Below, one piece after another: positions 17,711-26,773 of a DNA stretch of 29,099 nt. Each line of letters starts with the position of its first letter. Positions within the stretch are counted from its first letter, which is position 1. The stretch is taken from NCBI GenBank assembly GCA_003561325.1, contig PWWY01000220.1, positions 1 to 29,099 on the forward strand, read 5' to 3'. The stretch comes from Syntrophomonadaceae bacterium. GTDB taxonomy: Bacteria > Bacillota > Dethiobacteria > DTU022 > UBA8154. A program made the position numbers and the translations under genes. A model generated the notes under the pieces. That model was not told the DNA's origin. It was given only the letters and a program-made list of their open reading frames with translations, and did not search any database.

Positions 17711-18880
17711 ATGAACGTAAAACGTGTTGTAATCCTGGTATTGGATGGCCTGGGGGTAGGTGCCTTGCCCGATGCCCATCTATACGGGGATGAAGGCAGC
17801 AATACCCTGGGTCATATTCTCTCCGCTTCTCCAGGTTATACGCTGCCGGGCCTCGTTTCCCTGGGCCTTGGTGAACTGGTAGACCCCCCCCTGGAGACAA
17901 CCTCGCAGATCAGGGGTGCCCATGGTAAAATGGCCCAGCGATCCAGCGGCAAAGATACCATCTCCGGCCACTGGGAGCTTGCAGGTGTTCCCCTGGATCG
18001 ACCTTTTCCCGTTTATCCCCACGGCTTCCCCGATGAGGTGATCAGCCTCTTTGAAGCCTACGTGGGGAAACCCGTTCTCGGCAATGTGGCCGCATCGGGA
18101 ACGGAAATTATTAACCGTCTGGGCGAGCTGCATCTCGAAACAGGGCGTCCCATCGTCTATACTTCAGCAGATAGTGTCTTTCAGGTTGCGGCCCATGAAG
18201 ACGTGGTTCCCGTGGAAACCCTTTATGGATGGTGTATGAAGGCGAGAAGGGAGATACTCCTGGGGAAGCACGCCGTGGGCAGGGTGATTGCGCGCCCCTT
18301 TCAAGGGTCAGCCGGTCATTTTTTTCGAACAGAAAACCGGAAAGACTTTTCTTTGCCGCCCCCCGCACCGACTTTATTAGACGCCGTTAGCCAGGCCGGG
18401 CTCGAGGTCTGGGTGGTTGGCAAAGTCTATGATATATTTTCAGGACAGGGAATTACCCGGCACCAGCAAGACCGGGGTAATAAAGCCATCATGCGCAGCT
18501 TGATGGAGTGTATCGAGCAGCCTTTTGAGGGGGTCATGTGGGCGACCCTGGTTGATTTTGATATGCTCTATGGTCACCGCAACGATGCGGAAGGATTTCT
18601 GGGGGCGCTGGAAGTTTTTGATCAATTTTTAAGGCTCTTTCTCCGTCGCTTACTGGAGGAAGATGTACTTTTTATCACGGCTGATCACGGCTGCGACCCG
18701 ACTTTCGCAGGCACGGATCACACCAGGGAATATGTGCCCCTGCTTGTTTACGGCCGCCAGGTCAAGGCACGGTCCCTGGGTACCCGCAAGAGTTTCGCGG
18801 ATCTTGGGGCAACGGTTGCCGACCTGCTGGGTGTTGCCGCATCGCTGGAAGGGAACAGTTTTGCCCGGGATCTCACTTAG
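17711..18880 (+). CDS. deoB: Phosphopentomutase
   Basis: VLDGLG, GKDTISGHWE, YTSADSVFQVAAHE, RVIARPF, DFDMLYGHRND, TADHGCDP, DHTREYVP. Confidence 0.96.
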   Translation: MNVKRVVILVLDGLGVGALPDAHLYGDEGSNTLGHILSASPGYTLPGLVSLGLGELVDPPLETTSQIRGAHGKMAQRSSGKDTISGHWELAGVPLDRPFPVYPHGFPDEVISLFEAYVGKPVLGNVAASGTEIINRLGELHLETGRPIVYTSADSVFQVAAHEDVVPVETLYGWCMKARREILLGKHAVGRVIARPFQGSAGHFFRTENRKDFSLPPPAPTLLDAVSQAGLEVWVVGKVYDIFSGQGITRHQQDRGNKAIMRSLMECIEQPFEGVMWATLVDFDMLYGHRNDAEGFLGALEVFDQFLRLFLRRLLEEDVLFITADHGCDPTFAGTDHTREYVPLLVYGRQVKARSLGTRKSFADLGATVADLLGVAASLEGNSFARDLT

Positions 18881-18894
18881 AGGGAGTTCAAAAC

Positions 18895-20211
18895 ATGCAG
18901 GCACTGGATTTGATTATTAAAAAGCGAGACGGCCAAAGCCTGTCTCCCGAGGAAATTCAATTTTTAATCCATGATTACAATACCGGGGCCATACCGGACT
19001 ACCAGATGGCCTCACTGCTGATGGCCATTTATTTCCAGGGCTTAAACGCCAAGGAAACCAATGCCCTCACCACGGCACTGGCCAATTCCGGGGAAGTGCT
19101 GGATTTTTCATCCCTGGATAAAACCGTGGTGGACAAGCACAGCAGTGGCGGGGTTGGCGACAAGGTTACCCTGGTTCTGACCCCAATAATTGCTGCCGCA
19201 GGAATCCCTGTGGCAAAAATTTCTGGACGCGGATTGGGCTTTACCGGGGGCACCATCGACAAACTTGAAAGTATCCCCGGCTTTAATGCCCGGCTTTCAC
19301 CCCAGCGTTTTAAAGAGATCGTCCAGGACAATAACCTGGCGATCATGATGCAAACCGAGGGTTTAACTCCGGCTGAAGGGAAGCTTTACGCCCTGCGAGA
19401 CGTGACGGGAACGGTGGAAAACATCTCCCTGATTGCGGCGTCCATCATGAGTAAAAAATTAGCCGCAGGAACCCAGGCCATCTTGTTAGATATCAAGACG
19501 GGGCGTGGGGCTTTCATGGAAAGCCTGGATGACGCGTTTAACCTGGCCGAGATTCTTGTCCGGATTGGGAAGGACATGGACCGCCGCGTGGTCGCTGTTG
19601 TTTCGGATATGAGCCAGCCCCTGGGTTTCGCTGTTGGTAATGCCCTGGAGGTGATCGAGGCGGTGAAGGTGCTGCAAGGTCACGGGCCCTGGGACGTGGA
19701 GCGGCTTTGCGTACAGCTGGCCGGATACATGTTTGCCATGGTGGGCAAAGTAAGAAATCCCGAAGAAGGCCAGGAGCAGGCGGAAAAACTGCTGAAAAAC
19801 GGGAGTGCTTACCAGAAACTTAAAGATACCGTCAAGGCACAGGGAGGAGAGGTCGCATACCTGGAAAACACGGATCTCTTTCCGAAAGCCCGGATTATCC
19901 ATAAAGTGAAAGCAAAAACAGCGGGTTACCTCTGTGAAATCGATGCCAAGCGGGTGGGCCGGGCTGCCGTCTGGCTGGGTGTGGGGCGTATGTATAAAGA
20001 TCAGCAGATCCGGCCGGAGGTGGGTGTGATCTTAAACCGCAAAATCGGGGACAGCGTGGTTAAGGGTGAAACCCTGGCCTTTGTGCATGCGAACGATGAA
20101 GCTTCTTTGAAAAATGCCGGTAAAGAACTGGCAAATGCCTTTAATATCTGCGGTGAAAAGGTTGAATCTCCCCATTTAATCTACGGCGTAGTTCCCCCGT
20201 TTCCCAGCTAA
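18895..20211 (+). CDS. pdp: Pyrimidine-nucleoside/thymidine phosphorylase
   Basis: IIKKRDG, DYQMASLLMAI, VDKHSSGGVGDK, SGRGLGFTGGTIDKLESIPG, LYALRDVT, SIMSKK, VGNALEV. Confidence 0.94.
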   Translation: MQALDLIIKKRDGQSLSPEEIQFLIHDYNTGAIPDYQMASLLMAIYFQGLNAKETNALTTALANSGEVLDFSSLDKTVVDKHSSGGVGDKVTLVLTPIIAAAGIPVAKISGRGLGFTGGTIDKLESIPGFNARLSPQRFKEIVQDNNLAIMMQTEGLTPAEGKLYALRDVTGTVENISLIAASIMSKKLAAGTQAILLDIKTGRGAFMESLDDAFNLAEILVRIGKDMDRRVVAVVSDMSQPLGFAVGNALEVIEAVKVLQGHGPWDVERLCVQLAGYMFAMVGKVRNPEEGQEQAEKLLKNGSAYQKLKDTVKAQGGEVAYLENTDLFPKARIIHKVKAKTAGYLCEIDAKRVGRAAVWLGVGRMYKDQQIRPEVGVILNRKIGDSVVKGETLAFVHANDEASLKNAGKELANAFNICGEKVESPHLIYGVVPPFPS

Positions 20212-20277
20212 CGAAAAGAGCCCCTGCAGCCGTGATCACGGCATACTTCTCTATAAATGGGAGCATATACCACGATA

Positions 20278-20286
20278 TGGTATAAT
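20278..20286 (+). promoter_or_regulatory. Extended -10 promoter element (TGgTATAAT) upstream of the nucleotidyltransferase-like gene
   Basis: TG at 20278-20279 and TATAAT at 20281-20286, in the pdp downstream gap. No clear -35. A perfect 14-bp palindrome GCCGTGATCACGGC lies at 20229-20242. Confidence 0.6.
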
Positions 20287-20346
20287 GGGAACGTGCATGC
20301 AGTCGCGAACCCGTACCGGCCAGAAACTAACCCCGCTTAGAATAAG

Positions 20347-21513
20347 TTGAAAGGGTTCTTGGCAATGACCAATCTCCTTCCCTTGATCAACGAGCGACTT
20401 ACCAGGGATCTGCAAATATTATTTTACCTCTCCAGTTACTGTGCCCGTCAGGGCGGCTGGCGGATCTATGCCGTGGGAGAATTTGTGCGGGACCTTTTTC
20501 TCCAGCAACCCACCCAAGAAATATCCCTGTTAATTGAAGGCTCAGCCGTTGATTTTGCCCATCGCTTACACAAACTCTTTGCCGGCCGACTGCGGGTCAT
20601 GGAAAAATTTGGCACGGTAGATTTTTTTTTGCAAGACCATACCGTGTTGAAAATGACCACGGCCAGGCGGGAGTTTTCTTTACAAACTGCGGACGAAGCG
20701 CCTGGAGACGAGGCGTTTTTGAAGAGCGATTTGTACAACCGTGATTTCACGATCGATACCATGGCCTGTTCTTTGAATACGGATACCTATGGGAGATTAT
20801 ACGATTTTTTTCGCGGAAAGGACGACCTGGACCAGGGGCTGATTCGCGTTCTTTATAAACTCAGTTTCGTCGACGAACCACTCCGGGTTTTTCGGGCCGT
20901 GCGCAGTGAGCAGAGGTACCGATTCGCACTTGAAAAAGAAACATACGAGCAATTAATCGCGGCCGGTCATAACCAGTTAACCAGCCGCTTAAGTAAAGGA
21001 AGGTTGTACGAGGAAGCATTCTTGATCTTCAAGGAACCCTCACCTGTTGCCGTGCTTTCCCGTTTAAAGGAGCTGGGCCTGCTGGAGGTGCTGTTCCCCC
21101 GCACCCGTTTTAGCCAGAGGCTGTTTGAGAACCTGCAGGCCCTGGAGCGTATCCTGCAGGAGGGAGGAAAGTCTGCACTTTTTGATCGCAAGAAAATCGG
21201 CCTTACAGCCCTGTACTTGACGATGATTTTTGATGAAACCCCGGAACACGACTTGAAATACCTGTTATACGTGATGCGGCTGAAGAAAAAGCAGCGGGAA
21301 ATTATCCTTGGTCTACGGGAGCGGATCCCCGCCCTGCTCCACGCCCTGGAACAAGAATTTATCACAGATTTCCACCTTGAACAGTTATTCAAAAACCTGC
21401 CGGAAGAAGCCTTTCCGCTGCTGTTGGTCTACGGACAGGGTAAATCCTTTACCCGGCACATCGGCCAGCACATGATGTTCAGAAAAAACAGCCCAACCCT
21501 GTCGCAGCGGTAG
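20347..21513 (+). CDS. Class II tRNA nucleotidyltransferase (CCA/A-adding) homolog with degenerate active site
   Basis: Recognisable YAVG.FVRDL, TAR.E, DL..RDFTI, GRLYDFF.G..DL..GLIRVL and SFVDEPLRVFRAVR motifs. GG is GE, DxD is EIS, and RRD is NRD. Start may be ATG 20365. Confidence 0.82.
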   Translation: MKGFLAMTNLLPLINERLTRDLQILFYLSSYCARQGGWRIYAVGEFVRDLFLQQPTQEISLLIEGSAVDFAHRLHKLFAGRLRVMEKFGTVDFFLQDHTVLKMTTARREFSLQTADEAPGDEAFLKSDLYNRDFTIDTMACSLNTDTYGRLYDFFRGKDDLDQGLIRVLYKLSFVDEPLRVFRAVRSEQRYRFALEKETYEQLIAAGHNQLTSRLSKGRLYEEAFLIFKEPSPVAVLSRLKELGLLEVLFPRTRFSQRLFENLQALERILQEGGKSALFDRKKIGLTALYLTMIFDETPEHDLKYLLYVMRLKKKQREIILGLRERIPALLHALEQEFITDFHLEQLFKNLPEEAFPLLLVYGQGKSFTRHIGQHMMFRKNSPTLSQR

Positions 21514-21582
21514 TTCTCCCGCGAACAGGCAGCGATTTCCGCATCTTTTTCAGGTATTGGTACAGAAGAAAGGAGATGGAAG

Positions 21583-22236
21583 ATGTTTTTCTCTGGCGTT
21601 GACTTGCTTTACCGCATACCGGCCTTGTTGATTGCCCTGACCTTTCATGAATATGCCCATGCGCGCATGGCCTATGCCTGGGGCGATGCAACCGCGAAAA
21701 ATGCGGGGCGCATGACACTAAATCCTATCTCTCACCTGGATCCCCTTGGCACCTTGATGGTAATGCTGGTCGGCTTTGGGTGGGCTCGCCCGGTTCCCAT
21801 TAATCCCTTTCATTTCCGCCACCGGGAAAAGGGGCTGTTCTGGGTTTCCCTGGCCGGGCCGGGGACGAATTTGCTGCTGGCTTTTATCGCCGCACTGATA
21901 TTGTTCTTAACCACGGGCAATCTTCCTTCTCTTTACCGCTGGGCTGCACCGGGAATCCTGGAAGGCATCTTGATCTGGGTCGTTTTTATCAATGTCTTCC
22001 TGGCGATCTTCAACTTCGTGCCCCTGCCTCCCCTGGACGGATCAAAAATTGTCCGGTCGCTGTTACCCCGTGCCTATGCGCATTACTACCAGAGCTTTGA
22101 AGCCTACGGGCCTTTTCTGCTGATCTTGCTCCTGGTCCTCGGGCTGCTCACACGGGTTTTGCTTCCCATCGCCTCCTTCATTATCGGGGGGATCAATTTG
22201 CTGGTCTTGATCCTCACCGGCCATTATTTTCTATAA
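21583..22236 (+). CDS. Site-2 protease (peptidase M50) membrane metalloprotease
   Basis: HEYAH, LNPISHLDPLG, GWARPVP, AGPGTN, FNFVPLPPLDG, hydrophobic segments. SD AAAGGAG. Confidence 0.92.
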   Translation: MFFSGVDLLYRIPALLIALTFHEYAHARMAYAWGDATAKNAGRMTLNPISHLDPLGTLMVMLVGFGWARPVPINPFHFRHREKGLFWVSLAGPGTNLLLAFIAALILFLTTGNLPSLYRWAAPGILEGILIWVVFINVFLAIFNFVPLPPLDGSKIVRSLLPRAYAHYYQSFEAYGPFLLILLLVLGLLTRVLLPIASFIIGGINLLVLILTGHYFL

Positions 22237-22269
22237 ACTGCTAGCATCACGGGAAAGGAATGGTATCTT

Positions 22270-23262
22270 TTGGCAGCAAAAAAGGGCATAATTTTGAGCG
22301 GCATGCGGCCGACGGGTCGCTTACACCTGGGGAACCTTTTCGGCGCCCTGGAAAACTGGATACATTTACAGGATCAGTACGAATGCTATTTCTGCGTGGT
22401 GGACTGGCATGCGTTAACCACCGCTTATGAGAGTCCCGGGAATATCCAGGAAGACGTGCGCGAGATGGTCATGGATTGGTTGAGCTGCGGGATTGACCCG
22501 GAAAAGGCCACGCTGTTTAAGCAATCCGATGTGATTGAGCATGCAGAATTACACCTACTCTTTTCCATGCTGACACCTTTATCCTGGCTGGAAAGGTGCC
22601 CCACGTACAAGGAACAGATGCAGCAGATGGAGGGGCGCAACCTGGCGACATACGGTTTCCTGGGATATCCCCTTCTGCAGGCGGCGGATATTTTGATCTA
22701 CAAGGCCAATGCCGTGCCGGTGGGTGAAGATCAGGCGCCCCACATTGAACTGACCCGGGAAGTGGCCCGCAGGTTCAATTACCTCTACGGAAAGCAAATA
22801 TTTCCTGAACCGGAAACCCTGCTCAACGAATTTAAAATCATTCCCGGGCTGGACAAGCGGAAAATGAGCAAAAGTTACAACAACTACATCGAGATCGCCA
22901 TCGCGCCGGCGCAAATACCGGAAAAAGTGCGCATGATGATTACCGATCCGGCCCGCATCAGAAAAGATGATCCCGGTAACCCGCAGATTTGCAGCGTGTT
23001 TGCTTTCCAGCGGATCTTCAATGCGGAAGCGGTCGAGGCTATCGCGCAAGAATGTCGCGAGGGCACAATTGGCTGCGTGCAGTGCAAAAACCTCCTGGCC
23101 GGAAAAATGAAGGACTACCTGGAACCTATCTACCATCGAAGAAAAGAAATTGAAAGCAAGCCGCAGATCGTTGATGAAGTAATGGCCCGAGGGGCAGAAC
23201 AGGCCAGGAATACGGCCCAGGCCACGATGAAAGAGGTGCGAGCAGCCATGGGGCTTATCTAA
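22270..23262 (+). CDS. trpS: Tryptophanyl-tRNA synthetase
   Basis: SGMRPTGRLHLGN, YPLLQAADIL, VPVGEDQ, KMSKS. Confidence 0.97.
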   Translation: MAAKKGIILSGMRPTGRLHLGNLFGALENWIHLQDQYECYFCVVDWHALTTAYESPGNIQEDVREMVMDWLSCGIDPEKATLFKQSDVIEHAELHLLFSMLTPLSWLERCPTYKEQMQQMEGRNLATYGFLGYPLLQAADILIYKANAVPVGEDQAPHIELTREVARRFNYLYGKQIFPEPETLLNEFKIIPGLDKRKMSKSYNNYIEIAIAPAQIPEKVRMMITDPARIRKDDPGNPQICSVFAFQRIFNAEAVEAIAQECREGTIGCVQCKNLLAGKMKDYLEPIYHRRKEIESKPQIVDEVMARGAEQARNTAQATMKEVRAAMGLI

Positions 23263-23285
23263 ATCAGGATCAACAGGATCATGGT

Positions 23286-24107
23286 GTGATTGAGGCTGGC
23301 CAAAATGGGGGGACAGGATACCTGATTGCACTCCCGGTTTTTGAAGGCCCTTTTGACCTGCTTTTTCATCTCATTCAGCGAGAAGAAGTGGATATCTGGG
23401 AAATTCCCCTGGGAAAAATCACCAACCAATACCTGGCGCACGTTCAATCCCTGCAACAACTTGAGGTCGACCTGGCCGGTGAATTCCTGGTCATGGCCGC
23501 AGCCCTGCTCCAGCTAAAGTCGCGGTTGCTCTTACCCAGCCTGCCCGCCAGGTTAACGGACAAAGAAGAAACGGACCTTTTTTTTGGTTCCAAGGAAGAA
23601 CTGGTGCGCTGTTTGTTAGAATACAGGAAAGCAAAAGTCATTGCCCTGGAACTCCACAAGCGGCAAGATGGCCAGCAAAGGGTTTTTTTGCGTTCCGGCT
23701 GGCAGCAGAAGATCATGCTGGTCAATCACCAAAAAATGATCTACCCCTTCGCCTATGACAGCCTCAAGCAGGCCGTGAAAAACTTGGGAAGGCGCCGGGA
23801 AAAAGAGTTGAAGCTCCCAGAACCCGTCCCCTTGCCTTATGAGAACTTGTCTTTTCGAGATACCTTAAGGCGCATCATGGATCGCATTAAAAACGTCCAA
23901 AAAGTTATTTTGACTTTCGAAGACTTTGTCAAAAGAAGAAGAGACAAATCTGAAATCGTGGTCACTTTCTTTGCCCTCCTGGAACTGGCGAGAAGGGGCC
24001 AGGTGCATTTAAGCCAGTACCGGCCTTTTAGCTCTATCCAGGTCATGCAGACACGTGGGGAAAATCACGCCGATGAACCCGGTGGACCCCCACTCTCGAG
24101 AAAATAG
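23286..24107 (+). CDS. scpA: Segregation and condensation protein A (kleisin)
   Basis: FEGPFDLLFHLI, EFLVMAAALLQLKSRLLLP, VTFFALLEL. Confidence 0.92.
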   Translation: MIEAGQNGGTGYLIALPVFEGPFDLLFHLIQREEVDIWEIPLGKITNQYLAHVQSLQQLEVDLAGEFLVMAAALLQLKSRLLLPSLPARLTDKEETDLFFGSKEELVRCLLEYRKAKVIALELHKRQDGQQRVFLRSGWQQKIMLVNHQKMIYPFAYDSLKQAVKNLGRRREKELKLPEPVPLPYENLSFRDTLRRIMDRIKNVQKVILTFEDFVKRRRDKSEIVVTFFALLELARRGQVHLSQYRPFSSIQVMQTRGENHADEPGGPPLSRK

Positions 24108-24150
24108 CTGTATCATATCAATACTATGTTGCCTGGAAGGGGTGATTTTC

Positions 24151-24714
24151 TTGGCTATTTCCCTGCAGGCTGTGCTGGAAGCGGGATTGTTTGCCAGCAG
24201 CGAACCGCTTTCTCTGGCGCAGCTGCAAAAAATGTGTGCCGCATCGGAGCAAGAAATTTTGGAAGCAATCACGGGGCTGCGGCGGGACCTGGAGAGTCAA
24301 ACCCGGGGGTTAATTTTGCTGGAAAGACCCGAAGGATACCAGCTGGGCACAAAACCTGAAGCCGCCTCGAAGATTGAAAAACTTTTTGATGAAAATTGTA
24401 TTTCACTGCCCTTATCCCAGGCAGCGCTCGAAGCCCTGGTGATCATTGCCCTGAAACAACCGGTGACCCGGCTGGAGGTTGAGCATATTCGGGGCGTTAA
24501 AACAGACGGTGTGATCGAAAACCTGGTCAAAAGAGGTTTCGTGGAGATCGCCGGTCGCAGGGAAGGACTGGGGAGACCTTTTTTGTATCGGACAACGGAA
24601 GAATTCTTCAATTATTTCGGCGTGCAAGATCTCGCTGAGCTGGAAACTTTTTTCAACGAGGAAATGGGGCACCTCTTGGAGGGAACGGAAAAAGACAGCG
24701 AACAGCGGCGCTGA
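24151..24714 (+). CDS. scpB: Segregation and condensation protein B
   Basis: LEAGLFASSEPLS, LSQAALEALVIIALKQPVTRLEVEHIRGV, GRPFLYRTTEEF. True start is likely TTG 24151 after GGGGTGAT rather than 24055. Confidence 0.93.
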   Translation: MAISLQAVLEAGLFASSEPLSLAQLQKMCAASEQEILEAITGLRRDLESQTRGLILLERPEGYQLGTKPEAASKIEKLFDENCISLPLSQAALEALVIIALKQPVTRLEVEHIRGVKTDGVIENLVKRGFVEIAGRREGLGRPFLYRTTEEFFNYFGVQDLAELETFFNEEMGHLLEGTEKDSEQRR

Positions 24715-24845
24715 TTTTGCCTGCCAACCATCCAGGCCCTGGTTGGTGGATAAGCGGGATTTGATCACACCCACGGACACTCCCCCGGCAAGCGGAGCCC
24801 TAATGCTGTCGGTCCGTGGTTCGGGGGTTTAAGTGCTTGGAGAAG

Positions 24846-25601
24846 ATGATGCGCCTTCAAAAGTATCTTTCCATGGCAGGGCTTGCTTCCCGGCGGGAGG
24901 CAGAGAGCATGATCAGGGACGGAAGGGTCAAGTTGAACGGCAGGACCGTTACGGCTATGGGCACGAAAGTGAACCCCCGGGAAGATATCGTCTCCGTCGA
25001 TAACCGCAGGATCAGGATGAAAACGGCCCATCGCTACCTCTTGCTGCACAAGCCTGCGGGTTATCTGACCACTCGCAAGGATCCCTTTGGCCGGCCCACC
25101 GTGTTTGAACTCTTACCCGCTTTCACGGATCAACACCTGTTTTACGTCGGCCGCCTCGATTTCGATACCGAGGGAGTCCTGTTCATGACCAGTGACGGGG
25201 AACTGGCTTCCCGCTTGATGCACCCCCGCTACCAGGTGGAGAAGTCGTACCTGGCTTTGACCCGGGGAGTCATTCCGGCCAGGAAACTGAAATATTTTCG
25301 AGACGGGATGGTCCTGGGTCAAGAAAAAACTGCGCCGGCCCGGGCCGCAATCCGCCAGGTGAACAAGCAGGAGAATACGACCTGGCTGTCCATCACGGTT
25401 CACGAGGGAAAGAAACGGCAAATCAAGCGCATGTGCCAGCAGATCGGCCATCCCGTGCTCTACTTGAAAAGAGTTTCCTTTGCAAGCCTCGGGGTGGGAA
25501 ATCTGCCCCCGGGTTCCTTTCGGCCATTGAACCGGGATGAAGTTCAAGAACTCTATCACAGGGTGGGCTTGCAGGCACCGTTTTCGCAAAATTCCTGCTG
25601 A
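24846..25601 (+). CDS. rluB: RsuA/RluB-family S4 pseudouridine synthase
   Basis: RLQKYLSMAGLASRR, LHKPAG, VGRLDFDTEG (catalytic Asp), HPRY, EGKKRQIKRM. ATG 24846 preferred over GTG 24816. Confidence 0.93.
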   Translation: MMRLQKYLSMAGLASRREAESMIRDGRVKLNGRTVTAMGTKVNPREDIVSVDNRRIRMKTAHRYLLLHKPAGYLTTRKDPFGRPTVFELLPAFTDQHLFYVGRLDFDTEGVLFMTSDGELASRLMHPRYQVEKSYLALTRGVIPARKLKYFRDGMVLGQEKTAPARAAIRQVNKQENTTWLSITVHEGKKRQIKRMCQQIGHPVLYLKRVSFASLGVGNLPPGSFRPLNRDEVQELYHRVGLQAPFSQNSC

Positions 25602-25627
25602 CACGGCCCCTCCAGCAGGATATTTCT
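25593..25627 (+). terminator. Possible intrinsic terminator after rluB
   Basis: TCCTGCTG (25593-25600) / CAGCAGGA (25613-25620) stem followed by TATTTCTT. The loop is long (12 nt). Confidence 0.4.
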
Positions 25628-25715
25628 TGCATTTCTCGAACTCTTTTAGGAAAAGGTTGATCATAAGTGCCTGCCAGGAAAATGCAATCATTTCTCATTT
25701 TAGGAGGATTGGCTT

Positions 25716-26228
25716 GTGTTTAAGCCCGATCTGGACAGCAGGGATTTAAGAGAGAAAAGGAAAAAAGAAGAACTGCCCGTGGAAAAGATCGAAGAGGAGA
25801 AGCCGGAAAAGCTCACCTTTAGAATTCGTTTTGACTATCGGGGGAATCCGCGCCCGGCCCGGTTCTTTTTCGGCAGGAAAAAAACAGAAGAGGTTGCAGA
25901 AGAGATCAGGGAGCAGCAAATCGCCCTCTGGCGAAACATGCCCTTGCAGGGCATCCAGGTAGAGAGCATCGATTTAGGGGAAATATACAGCCTCTACGAT
26001 GAACATAAAGGAGAAGATATCGCTTTCGCACCGCTGGAAATACGGGTCCGTGCCGATACCATGGAAGATATCCTGCGGTTTGTCTTGCGAGAAGAATTTC
26101 GAAAAATTGAGATCCTGGAACCCTCTTCGATCAAATTGACCAGCAAGGAAGCGGAACGGTTTTTATTTAAAGTGTACGGCCTGCATCAAGAAAAACTCCT
26201 GGCGCGTTTAAAAGAAAGCATTAAATAG
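25716..26228 (+). CDS. Hypothetical protein, 170 aa
   Basis: Fills the gap on the coding strand with SD AGGAGG and a GTG start. Charged N-terminus followed by a globular-looking region. No function recognised. Confidence 0.85.
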   Translation: MFKPDLDSRDLREKRKKEELPVEKIEEEKPEKLTFRIRFDYRGNPRPARFFFGRKKTEEVAEEIREQQIALWRNMPLQGIQVESIDLGEIYSLYDEHKGEDIAFAPLEIRVRADTMEDILRFVLREEFRKIEILEPSSIKLTSKEAERFLFKVYGLHQEKLLARLKESIK

Positions 26229-26263
26229 CCGGTAAAGACCAGGTGGACTCTATGAAATTGGGG

Positions 26264-26292
26264 TTGTAAAACTCGCTAAGATGGTATATGAT
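26264..26292 (+). promoter_or_regulatory. SigmaA-type promoter upstream of aroH
   Basis: TTGTAA (26264-26269), 17 bp, TATGAT (26287-26292). Confidence 0.6.
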
Positions 26293-26327
26293 TCATTATG
26301 TAGAGCGTTAATACTAAAGGTGGTAGG

Positions 26328-26705
26328 ATGGTGCAAGGAGCTATTGTGCGGGGAATTAGAGGTGCGATCGATGTTGCTGTGAATGATCCTGGGGAAATAC
26401 TCGAAGCGACAAAGCAGCTTTTATTGGAAATGACCGCCGGCAATACCATAAACCTGGAAGACATCTGTGCGGTTTATTTTACGATGACGCAAGATTTAAA
26501 TGCGGTGCATCCAGCCGAAGCGGCGCGGCAGCTGGGTTGGAAATATGTGCCCCTTTTTTGTTCACTGGAAATTGATGTGCCGGGATCTCTTCCCAGGTGT
26601 ATTCGAGTGCTTATGCTGGCAAATTCCTCGAAAAAGCCTGAAGAAATCCGGCATTTTTATTTAAAAGGTGCAGCGAACTTGCGGCAAGACCTGTTGACCG
26701 ATTGA
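26328..26705 (+). CDS. aroH: Chorismate mutase, AroH class
   Basis: VRGIRGA, FTMTQDLNA.HPA.AAR, EIDVPGSLPRCIRVL, GAANLRQDL. Confidence 0.93.
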   Translation: MVQGAIVRGIRGAIDVAVNDPGEILEATKQLLLEMTAGNTINLEDICAVYFTMTQDLNAVHPAEAARQLGWKYVPLFCSLEIDVPGSLPRCIRVLMLANSSKKPEEIRHFYLKGAANLRQDLLTD

Positions 26706-26773
26706 CATTTCCTTCGTTTATTCCCAGCCATTTAAGAGGGAATATCTGTGGAGTTCGCGAAGTAATCTAGAAG

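Noticed and set aside
19222-19260. Pdp GLGFTGGT instead of GLGHTGGT
   Set aside because: A single substitution with the other substrate-binding motifs retained. Not enough to claim changed function without an alignment.
22237-22269. T-box leader before trpS
   Set aside because: The spacer is only 33 bp and has no T-box sequence. trpS appears to be internal to an operon.
6913-25667. Shared motif GGTTGATCAYAAG (6913-6925, 25655-25667) and TGATCA cores in other spacers as an operator
   Set aside because: A one-mismatch 13-mer match is roughly expected by chance given the amount of intergenic DNA, and the position relative to promoters is inconsistent.
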